Assembly (NCBI GenBank): GCA_949358305.1
Contig: OX442314.1
Span: 10,912,001-10,976,000 of the forward strand
Reading direction: 5' to 3'
DNA: 64,000 nucleotides
DNA from: Strigamia acuminata
Lineage: Eukaryota
Shown here one piece after another: positions 12,503 through 22,964 of the stretch. The position numbers and the translations under genes are program-made. The notes under the pieces were generated by a model. The model saw only the letters and a list, made by a program, of their open reading frames with translations. It was not told the origin of the DNA and searched no databases. Position 1 is the first letter of the stretch. Each line of letters starts with the position of its first letter.

Positions 12503-13933
12503 TATGTGTGAGACTGGGCAAGTCTAAAATGGTGCTCATGTTCTGGAAGCATATATTTTTTCCACAGCATCTACAAAATAAGTTATTTATGGGAGGGTGT
12601 TAATATTAAAATTTGAACTAGACGATATGGCATCACAAATCTCACATGTTGAAGCGATTTTACAGGCGTGTCTCCAAACTTTAAGACGTGGCGCAAAAAT
12701 GAACGAGTTCAGGCATTGATCGTTTACAATCCGTTCTGGAATTCAAACAGATACATTCATTATTACTTCACACTAATAATCTTGACTAGCGCATACTTTA
12801 AACCTCACTGCCGTAAATTTAAAGTCACAGTTAACTAATGTCCTCGATCGCGCAGATTCTTAAAACTCCAGCCAGGCCAGGCGTGAGTGGTGCACCTACT
12901 AATACTTTATTTCATTCCACCTTTTTACTTATAGTGTACTTGCATATTCGTGATAATGACACCTAACGACATTAAAATCTGTTTTTATTTTTTTTATCAA
13001 TTGGATACCGATAACGAGAACAGATATAAACAAGCTAAACTCTATTTGCAGTTTGCACTATACGCTCCTGGAATGAGGCTAACTCTAAAATTGAACACAG
13101 GGCTCCGCCACCGGTTGATCTCGAAGCAAACTGAAGCTACCGGTAGTTGATTGCATTTTATTTACATAATGTGGCGAAAACATTTTATTAGTCGTCGTTA
13201 CCAAATATATTATAGAATTCATAGTAGTTTTCACCGTATTAAAATTATAATTTAAAGGTGTTAAAACTATTTCTCGAGGATGTCATTAGTGTCATAACCT
13301 GGCAATTGAACACAAAAAAATTAAACCAAACTTGATGTGCACCAAAATAAATATAAGAAAATACATTGCCATCAATCTGTCCAGCAATATAACATTTAAC
13401 ATTTTTTTGAAAATACATTAATTTATTACAAGTTGCTGGAATTAAGAACCATGGGACATGCCTCACATCAAATTTTATGTTTATTGTCCACACCTTAGTG
13501 AATGTGTTTCACTTACAATTTAAAAAATTAATGCTACAAATTGCACAAACTTTCGGCTTTAGAAACGAGAAGTAAACTGGTAAATTTAGTTGAAGCTTAG
13601 TTGAAACAGTTTGAACCTACACAAATATGTATGTTTAATCCAGATAAGTATCCATTATATCTGTCATTTCTTCTCCACTATAACCACTCGACGTCAACAT
13701 CGTCTGGAGCAGATCTGGCACAACACAGTCCAGCATCAAACAAACAGAACGGAAAGCACCTGATGCAATAACTCACAACGTGAGAACTTATAAAAGAAAA
13801 ATTCATAAACTTCTCCATTATCGACTTATCACGGCACGTGAAATAGTCGGCGCACACTCTGTGAGCGAGACAACAGCAAAATTCATTAAACACGACCATT
13901 TCATTGTCCAGTGAAATATCCCTTCGAGTTATA

Positions 13934-15620
13934 CACTAGGAGAAATATAGGTGTTAAAAGGTGTAAAGTTACACTTTTATATGTGTAAAACACTTGTCCC
14001 TATACAGACTCCTTTTTTGAGTAAACTTACACCATTGAGGTGTAATGAACATAAGGTGTAAATATTACACCTTCATGCATTTACACCTTGTGGGTGTCAT
14101 GGTACACCATTAGGTGTAAACTTACTCCTTGAAACCATTTTCAAAAAAGGTGTAAGTGGATTCCATCATGTAGTAATAATACACCTTTGAGGTGTTGATT
14201 AACAGGTGTAAAAGAACTCTATTAAGGAGTATAATCACCCCTTTGAGGTGTTAAAAAACAAGTGTAAATTTGCCCCACTATGGAGTAGAATTACACCCTA
14301 CAGGTGTTCATTAAAAGGTATAAACTTACCCCATTGTGGAGTAAAATCACACCGTAGTGTTTGAAATAGCAAATAAAAGTAGTTGTTTTTGAATAAAATG
14401 GTCTTTTATTTTTTTTAAATGTAATGAACAATTATTTAGTAATTGATGAAAAAAATGTGTTTTGCAATGCGAGGAACAAAAAAAATTAATCCAAATTAAT
14501 TTAAAAACGTTCGAAAAAATTTAAAAAACATTCCAGAAAAATCAAATATTTGCAAAAGCTTTTTTAAAAAATCAGAAAAAATTATAAAAAAAAAATTTAA
14601 TTTTTAAAATTTAAAATCTTGAATTACTTTGTAAAAAATATATATATGTAAATATAAAAACACAACAAAATAAATAAAAATTATCGACTTAACACGTAAA
14701 ACTCGATTTTCGACCTCTCAGCGATATCTTGACCTCCTCCTCGACGCTTTTCCTGCCCAACGCATTCCAAAACGCCTCAAAACTGCTCAAACCCGACTTC
14801 TTCTTATGAAACCAACTTCCCCTCGAATTAATGATCTTTTATTTATTAATTGATGACATAAAACACAAGATTAATTAATTAATTTAAATGTAAAAAAAAA
14901 TATAAAAATTAATTCAATTTCGTACCCAAAACATGCTTCTGAAATAACGATCACCTTGCCGGCAAGCACCGATTTTGACATAAAACAAACAATTTACCCT
15001 AAAAGAAGTAAACAAACCTAATTAATTGAAATCGTGTAATCGTTCGACTGAGTGTTAATGTTTTAGATGTCCGGAGCGAGGAAGAACATCGAGTCAACGT
15101 ACTTATCTTTCTCAGTGCCAAATATCAACGCCAAGTATTCGGTCATTTTTGTTAAAACAAGCTGCATGCAATTGTTAACGGCGGGACTATTATTCTGTCT
15201 CTGTGATTCGTCTTCGCATCACACGATGTGCTGAAACTCTAAGCGGGGCGCAAATAAATACGAATCGTACAATAAAAACACGTAATTAATACGTATTTAG
15301 TTTAAAAAGGTTCGATAATTCACTTACAAACGTTCAAGCAACAGCTAGCGGATAATCCCAGTTTAATTAGGAATATAGCGGATGCATTGGATTGTTACCC
15401 CTAACACCTCCCAGTTACACCTTTCAACACCTTTTAGAAGAATTACACCTTTTTACCAGAAGGTGTAACTCTGCAATTTTACACCATTTTCACTCCATTT
15501 TCGTTCACTCCTCCCTGTCACACCCTTTAACACCTTTTAACACCTTTTTAGGTGTTAAAAAAAAATAAAAGGTGTATTTGATGCTTTTACACCTTTTTAC
15601 ACCTATTATTTCTCCCAGTG
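13934..15620. mobile_element. Non-autonomous CACTA/EnSpm-like TIR element (1687 bp) carrying captured host exons
   Basis: CACT...AGTG termini, ~35-bp imperfect TIRs, 2-bp TA TSD (13932-33, 15621-22). Dense subterminal GGTGTAA/TTACACC repeats at both ends. No transposase. Confidence 0.85.
14689..15146 (-). CDS. U2AF1: Chimeric 3-exon 87-aa ORF: captured U2AF35 (U2AF1) exons 1-2 plus an unrelated exon 3
   Basis: Exons 15103-15146 ([15 protein letters not shown]), 14926-14998 (VNCLFYVKIGACRQGDRYFRSMFW) and 14689-14835. All introns GT-AG and in frame. Matches U2AF35 [35 protein letters not shown]. A fragment, not the real gene. Confidence 0.8.
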
Positions 15621-18600
15621 TACGTTCCAAAAAATCTCCATCCAGCTTGCCAGCTTTGCACGAATCGATAATTTCAGACATTTTGAAAAAACTGATCGAA
15701 GCCGTCCGTATTTTGTCCCGAGCACTCACGTCGTTGAACAACGCAAACTTCTCGAAGTCCTGCTGAAAAGTTGTACGTAAATTATTGCCGAAAAAGTAGC
15801 AAGTGTTTGTTCTAAACCTATGTCTTTGATGTAATTTGAAGTACAAAACTGAATAAATTAAAAATGTGATCGGGTAAAATGTGTTTAATTTTGTTTGCTT
15901 AGTCGGTTTGCTTTCATTTTACTCTTGGGAGAGATCGGTGCCACCAATCGTCGCTATCCTCACAATCGGCCAAAAATTCTTTATCACGTTTTAAGCATTT
16001 AAATTCACTTTTATTAAATTTTACGTTACATTGGCCACAATAATTGTCCAGTGGGGCAGCGAATTTCAAGAATTTTCGCTAAAAAGTCTACAACCGTTAA
16101 GTGTTGGTTGAAGCACAACTTGAAACTACTCAAATATACATTTTCACTCCACATAAGTTTCCATAAAATCTGTTATTTCTTCTTGACTACAACCGCAAGA
16201 CATCAGCATCGTAATGAATAGATTTGGGTTAGAACAGTCTCGCATCAAGTAATAAAAAGGTAAGCACCTCATGCAATAACTGACGTCTTGTGAATTGACA
16301 AAATAATAATTCACAAATCTTTCCATTACCATCTGATGGTCGCACACGTTAGAGTCTGCGCACAAACTGTAAGCGAGACAACAGCAAAATTCCTTGAACA
16401 CAACCCTTTCATTGTCCGGTAAAGTATTTCTTCGAGTGACACAAATAAGTTCCAAAAAATCGCTATCCAGCTTTCCAGCTTCACACCAATCGATAATTTC
16501 AGATATCTTGTAACAACTAATCAGCACCGGTTTTTGAAGGTCTCCAACGTTTTTCCACAGTAATACACCGATGCACCATAAACTCTTTAACCACCCTAAA
16601 TAACGCGCCAGTGAAGATAAACTTTCTTCTAAGTCGGACGCAACCGCATCACTCATTCCTTCGGATACAATTTCGGGAAGCCAGTTTCGAAATGCAGCGA
16701 CATTTTTGCATTGCACTGTTTCGCTGGTGAAGTGTTGAATGAGAACCGATTTCTTAAGCCTGTTCATTTCACTCGCATTCGAGAAAAAAAAACTCAAAAA
16801 TCTATTAACTTTCGTCCACTTGTTCGCACTTATTTCGTTGTGAAGCAACCTGCGACAGATCTCGTTCGCAAAGTAGGGACAATGCACTTTAAAAGTTGTC
16901 ATTTCACTTGCAGTCGTGATGTATTTATTTGCAATCGACTCCAGAAAATCCCAAGGAAAATCATACGTTTTCTTAAAAAGTGAGTGAGCAACACACGTGC
17001 TCAAAATCATTCTTCTCTTTTTGATGCCCGTATCGTTAAGCAATAATAATAAATGGAAATTATCAAAATCTTGCATCTCGCAAAGCATGTAGTGAACGAA
17101 CGAATATTCAAGTTTGTAACGACAATTCCTCAATTCCTCGGGAGCATTTCTCCAAAAACGAGTCAAAGACACCTTCTCTCTGTCTCGTTTGGACCAAGAA
17201 CGAACAGACCTGCTTATCACGTCATTGAAGTCGTCAGCCGACGCCATCAGCTTTAGAACCCGGCTCGACTTGGGCGTGAACGAGTCCGTGTGCAAGAAAT
17301 GTATCAGTACGGGCGCGACAGGTCTCAATCCGAATTCCGAAAACAAAATGGCCCTCATTTGATGCTCGTCCATTTCACCAAGTAGAAAGTTCATGATGCC
17401 AATCTCGAACGTGCAAGAACAATCTTCTTCGTGTGAGTCGTCGTAGAAGTGTGAAATCAAGTCTTCCAATTTACTTTCTTGCCGGATTAGCAGCTGGATG
17501 ATCGCATTTCTTTTGTACGGTGTCATGAGTGACCAGAAATACTCAACGCCACATTGGTTTGCGTGGTCTATGGACAGGGAAAACATTTTGACTTTCTTGT
17601 TGAAAGGGATCTTTGAAGAGTCAGTTTTAATCGTCATCCTTTTCCAATATTTGTACATAATCGTTTTTAAGTTATTTGAGTCTTTTTGTTTGTCAAACAT
17701 CCTCTTCAAAATGTTGCCATGTTCGTTCGAAATATCTTCCACGACGTCTGCGACGCAACAGATGACGGCGAGGCAGAATCTGGATTTGAACGTCCATTCC
17801 TGTAACTCTGAGAGAACTCTTGCTGTTTTGGTCATGTCTAGTTGTCCATATATTGACCATTTCGTGCGTTGGATAATGCTTTTCGCTAATTGTCCATCGC
17901 CAATAAAAACGTCCCGTCCTCCTTTTTCTTATTTTTCTGCAACTTCTGATTTGCATCGAGTGGAGTTGTGTTTGTTGTGCAGTTTTGCATTCCAAATCGA
18001 TTCAGTACGTCCTTCACGTATTTTTTCTGCGTCATCGTAATCGATTTTGTCTTTTCGTCCTGTTTAAACTCGATTCCCAAACAATAGTGAATTTTTCCTA
18101 GATCTTTCATTTTGAATTCGCTCTTCAAGTTCGATTTTATTGTGTCCATGTTTCTTTTGCAGTTCGTTGCAATAATAAAATCATCTACGTAGATAGCGAC
18201 GAGCGTGATAACTTCTCCATTCATTTGGTAATACACGCATGGGTCCGCGTTTGTTGGTTTCAGCCCGTGCTTTCGTAATTTCTCGTCCAGCTTTTTATAC
18301 CACTGGCGGCCTGACTGCTTCAATCCGTATAACGCTTTCTTCATTCGGCAAACTTTTCCTGTCTTGATTTTTATCCCGGCAATAAATTCCAAAAATTCAG
18401 GAAACTCCATAAAAATTTCCTCTTCAATTTCGCCATTCAAATATGCTGTTATGGCGTCCATTTGGTGAACGGTTAATCCCAATTCGGCTGCGATTGCCAT
18501 TATCATTCGAATCGATCCAGGTCGTGCGACGGGCGCGTAGGTTTCAAAATAGTCGATGCCTGGCTGTTGTGCATATCCTTTGGCGACCAGTCGGGCCTTT

Positions 18601-18627
18601 CTACGCTCGATTGATCCATTTGCTTCG

Positions 18628-21600
18628 TGTGTTATCAGGAATAACGAATGAATGACTGATCAGTTCAATGATTAACTAACAAGTGATTTATTACAAGTCA
18701 AAGTACAGTTTATATATGTCGGGAATACATCATACGTTCGTATGACGTAAATACAATTAGCCAATTACACATCTCCCCTTTTCAAGCTCACAAATTCGTA
18801 CGAGTCGGTCTTTTAACTTCTCTGCCGGATCTGGTAAAATATGGAGATCCTGTGGGAGCGTTCGGGCGAATAACTCCTTCGTCTGGATTTACCGGGTGAT
18901 CTGTGTTGATCAATTCTTCTTCTTCTTCTTCCTCTTCCTCCGTCTGATCCTCGTTTTCTCTCGAGATTACCTCTTCGTCTTCGGCTTCTGGAGCAATGTC
19001 GGGAAGTGGTATCAAATGAAATCGGTTCCGTCGAATCGTTCTCTTATCGGTTTCGACGATGTATGATCGGGGTGATGTATCGAGTTGTTTTATACGTCCT
19101 TTGCGTCGTAGATCGGTGATCCAAACAGTTTCGCCGATTTTTAGTGGATGTAGTTCTCGTACGCCGTGGTGTCTGTCGTAATTCGTTTTCTGTGTTTTCC
19201 GTCTGTTTTCTTCCTTCTGGCGTAATGTTGATTCGTTCGGTGTTTTCGGATTCAATTTTGAGCTGATGATAGGGACTGACAAATTTCGAATAGCTCTTCC
19301 GTTCAGCAGTTCGGCCGGTGAAAATCCGTTTGCAAGAGGAGTTGCGCGGTAAAGCTGCAGTGCGCGATAGCCGTCATCCGCTTTTTTCAAGCTTCGTTTT
19401 ATGATTTTCACCGCTGCTTCGACGAATCCGTTACTTTGAGGAAATCCGGGGCTACTCGTGACGTGAGTAAACTGCCATTCTTTGGCGAACATCCGAAATT
19501 CCGAATTCAATAATGGTCCAAAATGTGTTCCGTTGTCGCTGTAGACGACTTCGGGCGATCCTTGTTCTGAAAATAAAGATTTTAAATGCGTTATCGTCGT
19601 TTTCTCGTGAAGGCTTGTCATCGGAAAAATAAATGGAAATCGTGAGAAGTAATCGGTAACGAGGAGATACCATTTGTTCTCAAGTTTAAATAGATCCATC
19701 GCAATCTTTTGCCATGGTCGCTTTGGAAATTCGGATGGCATCAACGGCTCGTGTCGATTATTCGTCTCCTTGATGCATTCGGGACAGGCTTTAATCAATT
19801 TTTCGAGCTGTGTCGACAAACCTGGCCACCAAACCGATTGTTTTGCCAAGGCTCTGCATTTAGTTATTCCAAGATGGGCGCCGTGAATTTTTGCTAACAT
19901 TTCTTTCTGGAGAGCCGCCGGAATCACGATACGAGACGCTTTGAGCAAAATTCCGTCATCAACAGTGAGATCTGTTCGATGTTGCCAATAGTCTTTAACG
20001 AGTGCGGGAACTTCGTTTTTCGGCGGCCAATAATGTTGTGAAAATCTGATGAGATGTCTGCAAATTTCGTCTTCTTGCTGTGTTTTCGTGATTTGTTGTA
20101 GACGTTCGTCCGTGGCTGGAAGTGATCTGGTCACCAAATGTACGTACGCGACTATTTCTTGATCTAGATCGTAATCGCCCTCCGTTCTTTCGATTGGTCG
20201 GCGAGAGAGAGCGTCGGCGAGTCCCAAATCTTTTCCCGCGATGTGAACCACTGTATAGGCGTGACGCTGGAGTCGTAACCGCATTCTCTGGAGTTTCGGG
20301 GTTAATTCGTCGAGTGGTTTGGTCATGAAGATCGGAACCAGCCGCTTGTGATCGGTTTCTAATCGGATCGGGATGCCTGTAATGAAATCTTGAAAACGGT
20401 CGCATGCCCAGGTGAGTGCGTATCCCTCTTTATCGATCTGTGCCCAGTTGGTTTGAGCCGATGTGAATGTCTTCGCTGCGTATGCAATAGGTCGAAACTC
20501 GCCGCTATCTTGTTTTTGTTTTAACACGGCTCCAACCCCGTAACTTGATGCGTCGGAGGAGATTACAGTTTCTCGTTTCGGGTCGAACCAAGCGAGGACG
20601 GGTTTTGCTGATAATGCGAGTTTCAGTTTTTCGAACGCTTCGTTTTGTATCGGGCTCCACAAGTATTCGTTTTTCTCTCGTAGTAAATCGTTTAGTGGGT
20701 GTGCTAACGTAGCTAGGTGTGGAATAAAACGCCCCAAGTAATTGATCGTACCGAGAAAACTACGAAGTTCCGATTTGTTTTGTGGCGCAGGCATTTTAGC
20801 TATCGCCTCAATTCGATCGTCGTCGATGTGTACCCCTTCCGAATCGATGATATGGCCCAAAAACTTGATGCTTGTCACGCCGAAAACGCACTTCTCCTTG
20901 TTCATCGTCACGTTTTTTTCAAATAAACGTTTCAAAACGGCTCGTAATCGTTCGTCGTGCTCCTCGATCGTGTCTCCGTAAACCAAAATATCGTCAACGT
21001 TACACTGGACGCCGATTAATCCTTCTAGAATTTCCGTCATCCGTTTCTGAAATACCTCCGGAGCCGCAACGATGCCGAATGGTAAACGAGTGAATTTAAA
21101 ACGTCCGAATGGTGTGATGAATGTGGTGAGGAGTTGCGATTCTTCGTCCAATTCGCATTGCCAAAATCCGTGGTTAGCGTCCAATTTTGAAAAATACTTC
21201 GCTTTCCCGAGGCGTCCAAATAGATTTTCCGTGTTTGGCATCGGAAAAATTTCTCGTTTGATGTAAACGTTGAGTGGAACGTAGTCAACACACATTCGGA
21301 TGGATCCGTCTGGTTTCGGAACTGTGACGAGACCGGAACACCAGTCGGTTGGCTCGTCCACCGGCACGATAACGCCCAAAAGCAACATTTTGTCTAAACT
21401 TTTCTTGATCTCGTTTAGTTTCGGAATCGGGGCCCGGCGCGGTGTGGTTAGAGCATGCGGAATCGCTCCATCTCGTAATCGTATTTTGTATGGGATTTTA
21501 ACGCACCCAAGACCTTGGAAAAGCTCTGGATACTCGATTTCTGGTCGTACTGAAGTGTGAGTCGTTTCCGTCGTTTTTATACTCCGCACGCGTTTCACGA

Positions 21601-22964
21601 TCCCCAAATCTTCACACGTGTCGCCGTCCAGCAATGAACGACCGAGATCTTTGACCACGAATATCTCCGTAAGTTTTTTCTTTCCGCGATACGAAATCTC
21701 ATCCCAAAAACTTCCCATGGTCTCCAAAGCGTTTTGATTTGCGCCTTTTAATCGTCTCTCGGGCTTCCGTAATCTAATTTCTGAAAAATAATTGTTAAAT
21801 GTTTCGAGCGAAATGCAAGTGACGTCTGCTCCAGTGTCGGCCCGGAATGATAGCCGCACGTTCCGTATTTCGGCCGAAATGCTCCATCGTGTTGTTTTTT
21901 GTATCGGAGCTTCGGTCACAACGTGTCCCAAAAAGTGATATTCGGACTGCTCATCGTCATCTGCGTGTACGATCTCGATTTTTGCCGATTTGACCGATCG
22001 ACACACACGTGTATAATGTCCGGTTTTCTTGCAATTTGCGCATTTTGATAAGGCGGCGGGGCATGTGGATGAAAAATGTACGTCGTATCCACAGTTTCCG
22101 CAAGGTCCGTCGTTATCTTTCGTTTTCGGAGTCGGTCGTGCTGGTTTTCCTCGGTATTTCCTTTCCGGTTGGTCAGTCCGAACGCGTCCTACTTCCGTTT
22201 TAGTGTCGAGCGTTGGTCGTAATTCTATTTGTTGTCGTCGAACCTGCTCGTTCATTCGAACCGTATCGATAGCTTTTTTTAACGTTAGATCATCCGCTAA
22301 CTGTAGCTTTTCACATAATTGACGATTTCGTAAACCCACAACGATTCGATCGCAGATCAATGTTTCGCGGAGATTCTCGCTGGTCAACTTGTCCAATTCG
22401 CAATTGTCGGCCAATTCGTATAACGCGGTGATAAAATCGTCCACCGATTCGTCTTCATTTTGGACCCGTTGATTGAAACGCGCTCGTTCGAAGATAAGGT
22501 TTTTCTTTGCGACAAACAATTTATCAAAAGCTGCGATGACGGAATCGAACTTTTTTAATTGTTTCGGAGTCAGATTCGCTTTTTTTAAAACGTGTTCCGC
22601 CTTCCTGCCCATGCTGTATAACAAGCCGTCGATCTTGTCTTCGTCTGTTTTCTCGCGGAGTCCAGAAAAGTTCAAAAATCGTACGAATCTCGTTTTCCAT
22701 TCGGGCCAGTCGGATGGAGTTGAAAAGTCGAATTGTTCGGGAAACGGAGTGGTCGTCATCGTAGCGAAATTTCACGAATGATTTGAGTTTAATTTTAAGT
22801 CGGTTTAACCGCTGCCACCATGTGTTATCAGGAATGACGAATGAATGACTGATCAGTTCAATGATTAACTAACAAGTGATTTATTACAAGTCAAAGTACA
22901 GTTTATATATGTCGGGAATACGTCATACGTTCGTATGACGTAAATACAATTAGCCAATTACACA
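18628..22964 (-). mobile_element. Intact Ty3/Gypsy (Mag-like) LTR retrotransposon nested in the Copia RT
   Basis: 144-bp TG...CA LTRs (18628-18771, 22821-22964; 2 mismatches seen). TSD CTTCG (18623-27, 22965-69). PBS TGGTGGCAGCGGT (tRNA-Leu). PPT GAAAAGGGGAGA. Confidence 0.96.
18788..22759 (-). CDS. Gypsy gag-pol polyprotein, 1323 aa, uninterrupted
   Basis: Two CCHC knuckles, protease ADTGADVT, RT NVDDIL, RNase H SDASSYG/TDH/ADALSR, integrase HHCC plus MDLF/SDNG/NGFVE. Confidence 0.95.
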   Translation of the reverse strand: MTTTPFPEQFDFSTPSDWPEWKTRFVRFLNFSGLREKTDEDKIDGLLYSMGRKAEHVLKKANLTPKQLKKFDSVIAAFDKLFVAKKNLIFERARFNQRVQNEDESVDDFITALYELADNCELDKLTSENLRETLICDRIVVGLRNRQLCEKLQLADDLTLKKAIDTVRMNEQVRRQQIELRPTLDTKTEVGRVRTDQPERKYRGKPARPTPKTKDNDGPCGNCGYDVHFSSTCPAALSKCANCKKTGHYTRVCRSVKSAKIEIVHADDDEQSEYHFLGHVVTEAPIQKTTRWSISAEIRNVRLSFRADTGADVTCISLETFNNYFSEIRLRKPERRLKGANQNALETMGSFWDEISYRGKKKLTEIFVVKDLGRSLLDGDTCEDLGIVKRVRSIKTTETTHTSVRPEIEYPELFQGLGCVKIPYKIRLRDGAIPHALTTPRRAPIPKLNEIKKSLDKMLLLGVIVPVDEPTDWCSGLVTVPKPDGSIRMCVDYVPLNVYIKREIFPMPNTENLFGRLGKAKYFSKLDANHGFWQCELDEESQLLTTFITPFGRFKFTRLPFGIVAAPEVFQKRMTEILEGLIGVQCNVDDILVYGDTIEEHDERLRAVLKRLFEKNVTMNKEKCVFGVTSIKFLGHIIDSEGVHIDDDRIEAIAKMPAPQNKSELRSFLGTINYLGRFIPHLATLAHPLNDLLREKNEYLWSPIQNEAFEKLKLALSAKPVLAWFDPKRETVISSDASSYGVGAVLKQKQDSGEFRPIAYAAKTFTSAQTNWAQIDKEGYALTWACDRFQDFITGIPIRLETDHKRLVPIFMTKPLDELTPKLQRMRLRLQRHAYTVVHIAGKDLGLADALSRRPIERTEGDYDLDQEIVAYVHLVTRSLPATDERLQQITKTQQEDEICRHLIRFSQHYWPPKNEVPALVKDYWQHRTDLTVDDGILLKASRIVIPAALQKEMLAKIHGAHLGITKCRALAKQSVWWPGLSTQLEKLIKACPECIKETNNRHEPLMPSEFPKRPWQKIAMDLFKLENKWYLLVTDYFSRFPFIFPMTSLHEKTTITHLKSLFSEQGSPEVVYSDNGTHFGPLLNSEFRMFAKEWQFTHVTSSPGFPQSNGFVEAAVKIIKRSLKKADDGYRALQLYRATPLANGFSPAELLNGRAIRNLSVPIISSKLNPKTPNESTLRQKEENRRKTQKTNYDRHHGVRELHPLKIGETVWITDLRRKGRIKQLDTSPRSYIVETDKRTIRRNRFHLIPLPDIAPEAEDEEVISRENEDQTEEEEEEEEELINTDHPVNPDEGVIRPNAPTGSPYFTRSGREVKRPTRTNL

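Larger units (their letters stand above)
2616..12539 (-). pseudogene. Copy B of the ~680-aa tandem family, interrupted by Tc1 and BEL/Pao insertions plus a nonsense codon
   Basis: Pieces 12503-12539 (MSTILDLPSLTH), 8979-10881 and 2616-2664 (YSQEEIADIMETYLD*) rejoin in frame once each TE and one TSD copy are removed. In-frame TAA at 10232-10234. Confidence 0.9.
13635..15768 (-). pseudogene. Copy C of the ~680-aa tandem family; 3' fragment interrupted by a CACTA-like element
   Basis: 13635-13933 and 15621-15768 match the 3' end of 29924-31966 and rejoin at a TA. +1 A frameshift near 13742. 5' part absent. Confidence 0.88.

Noticed and set aside
14926..14950. Captured U2AF35 fragment has Phe at the position of human Ser34 (S34F)
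   Set aside because: The neighbouring Cys and His ligands are also lost, so this is best explained as coincidental decay.
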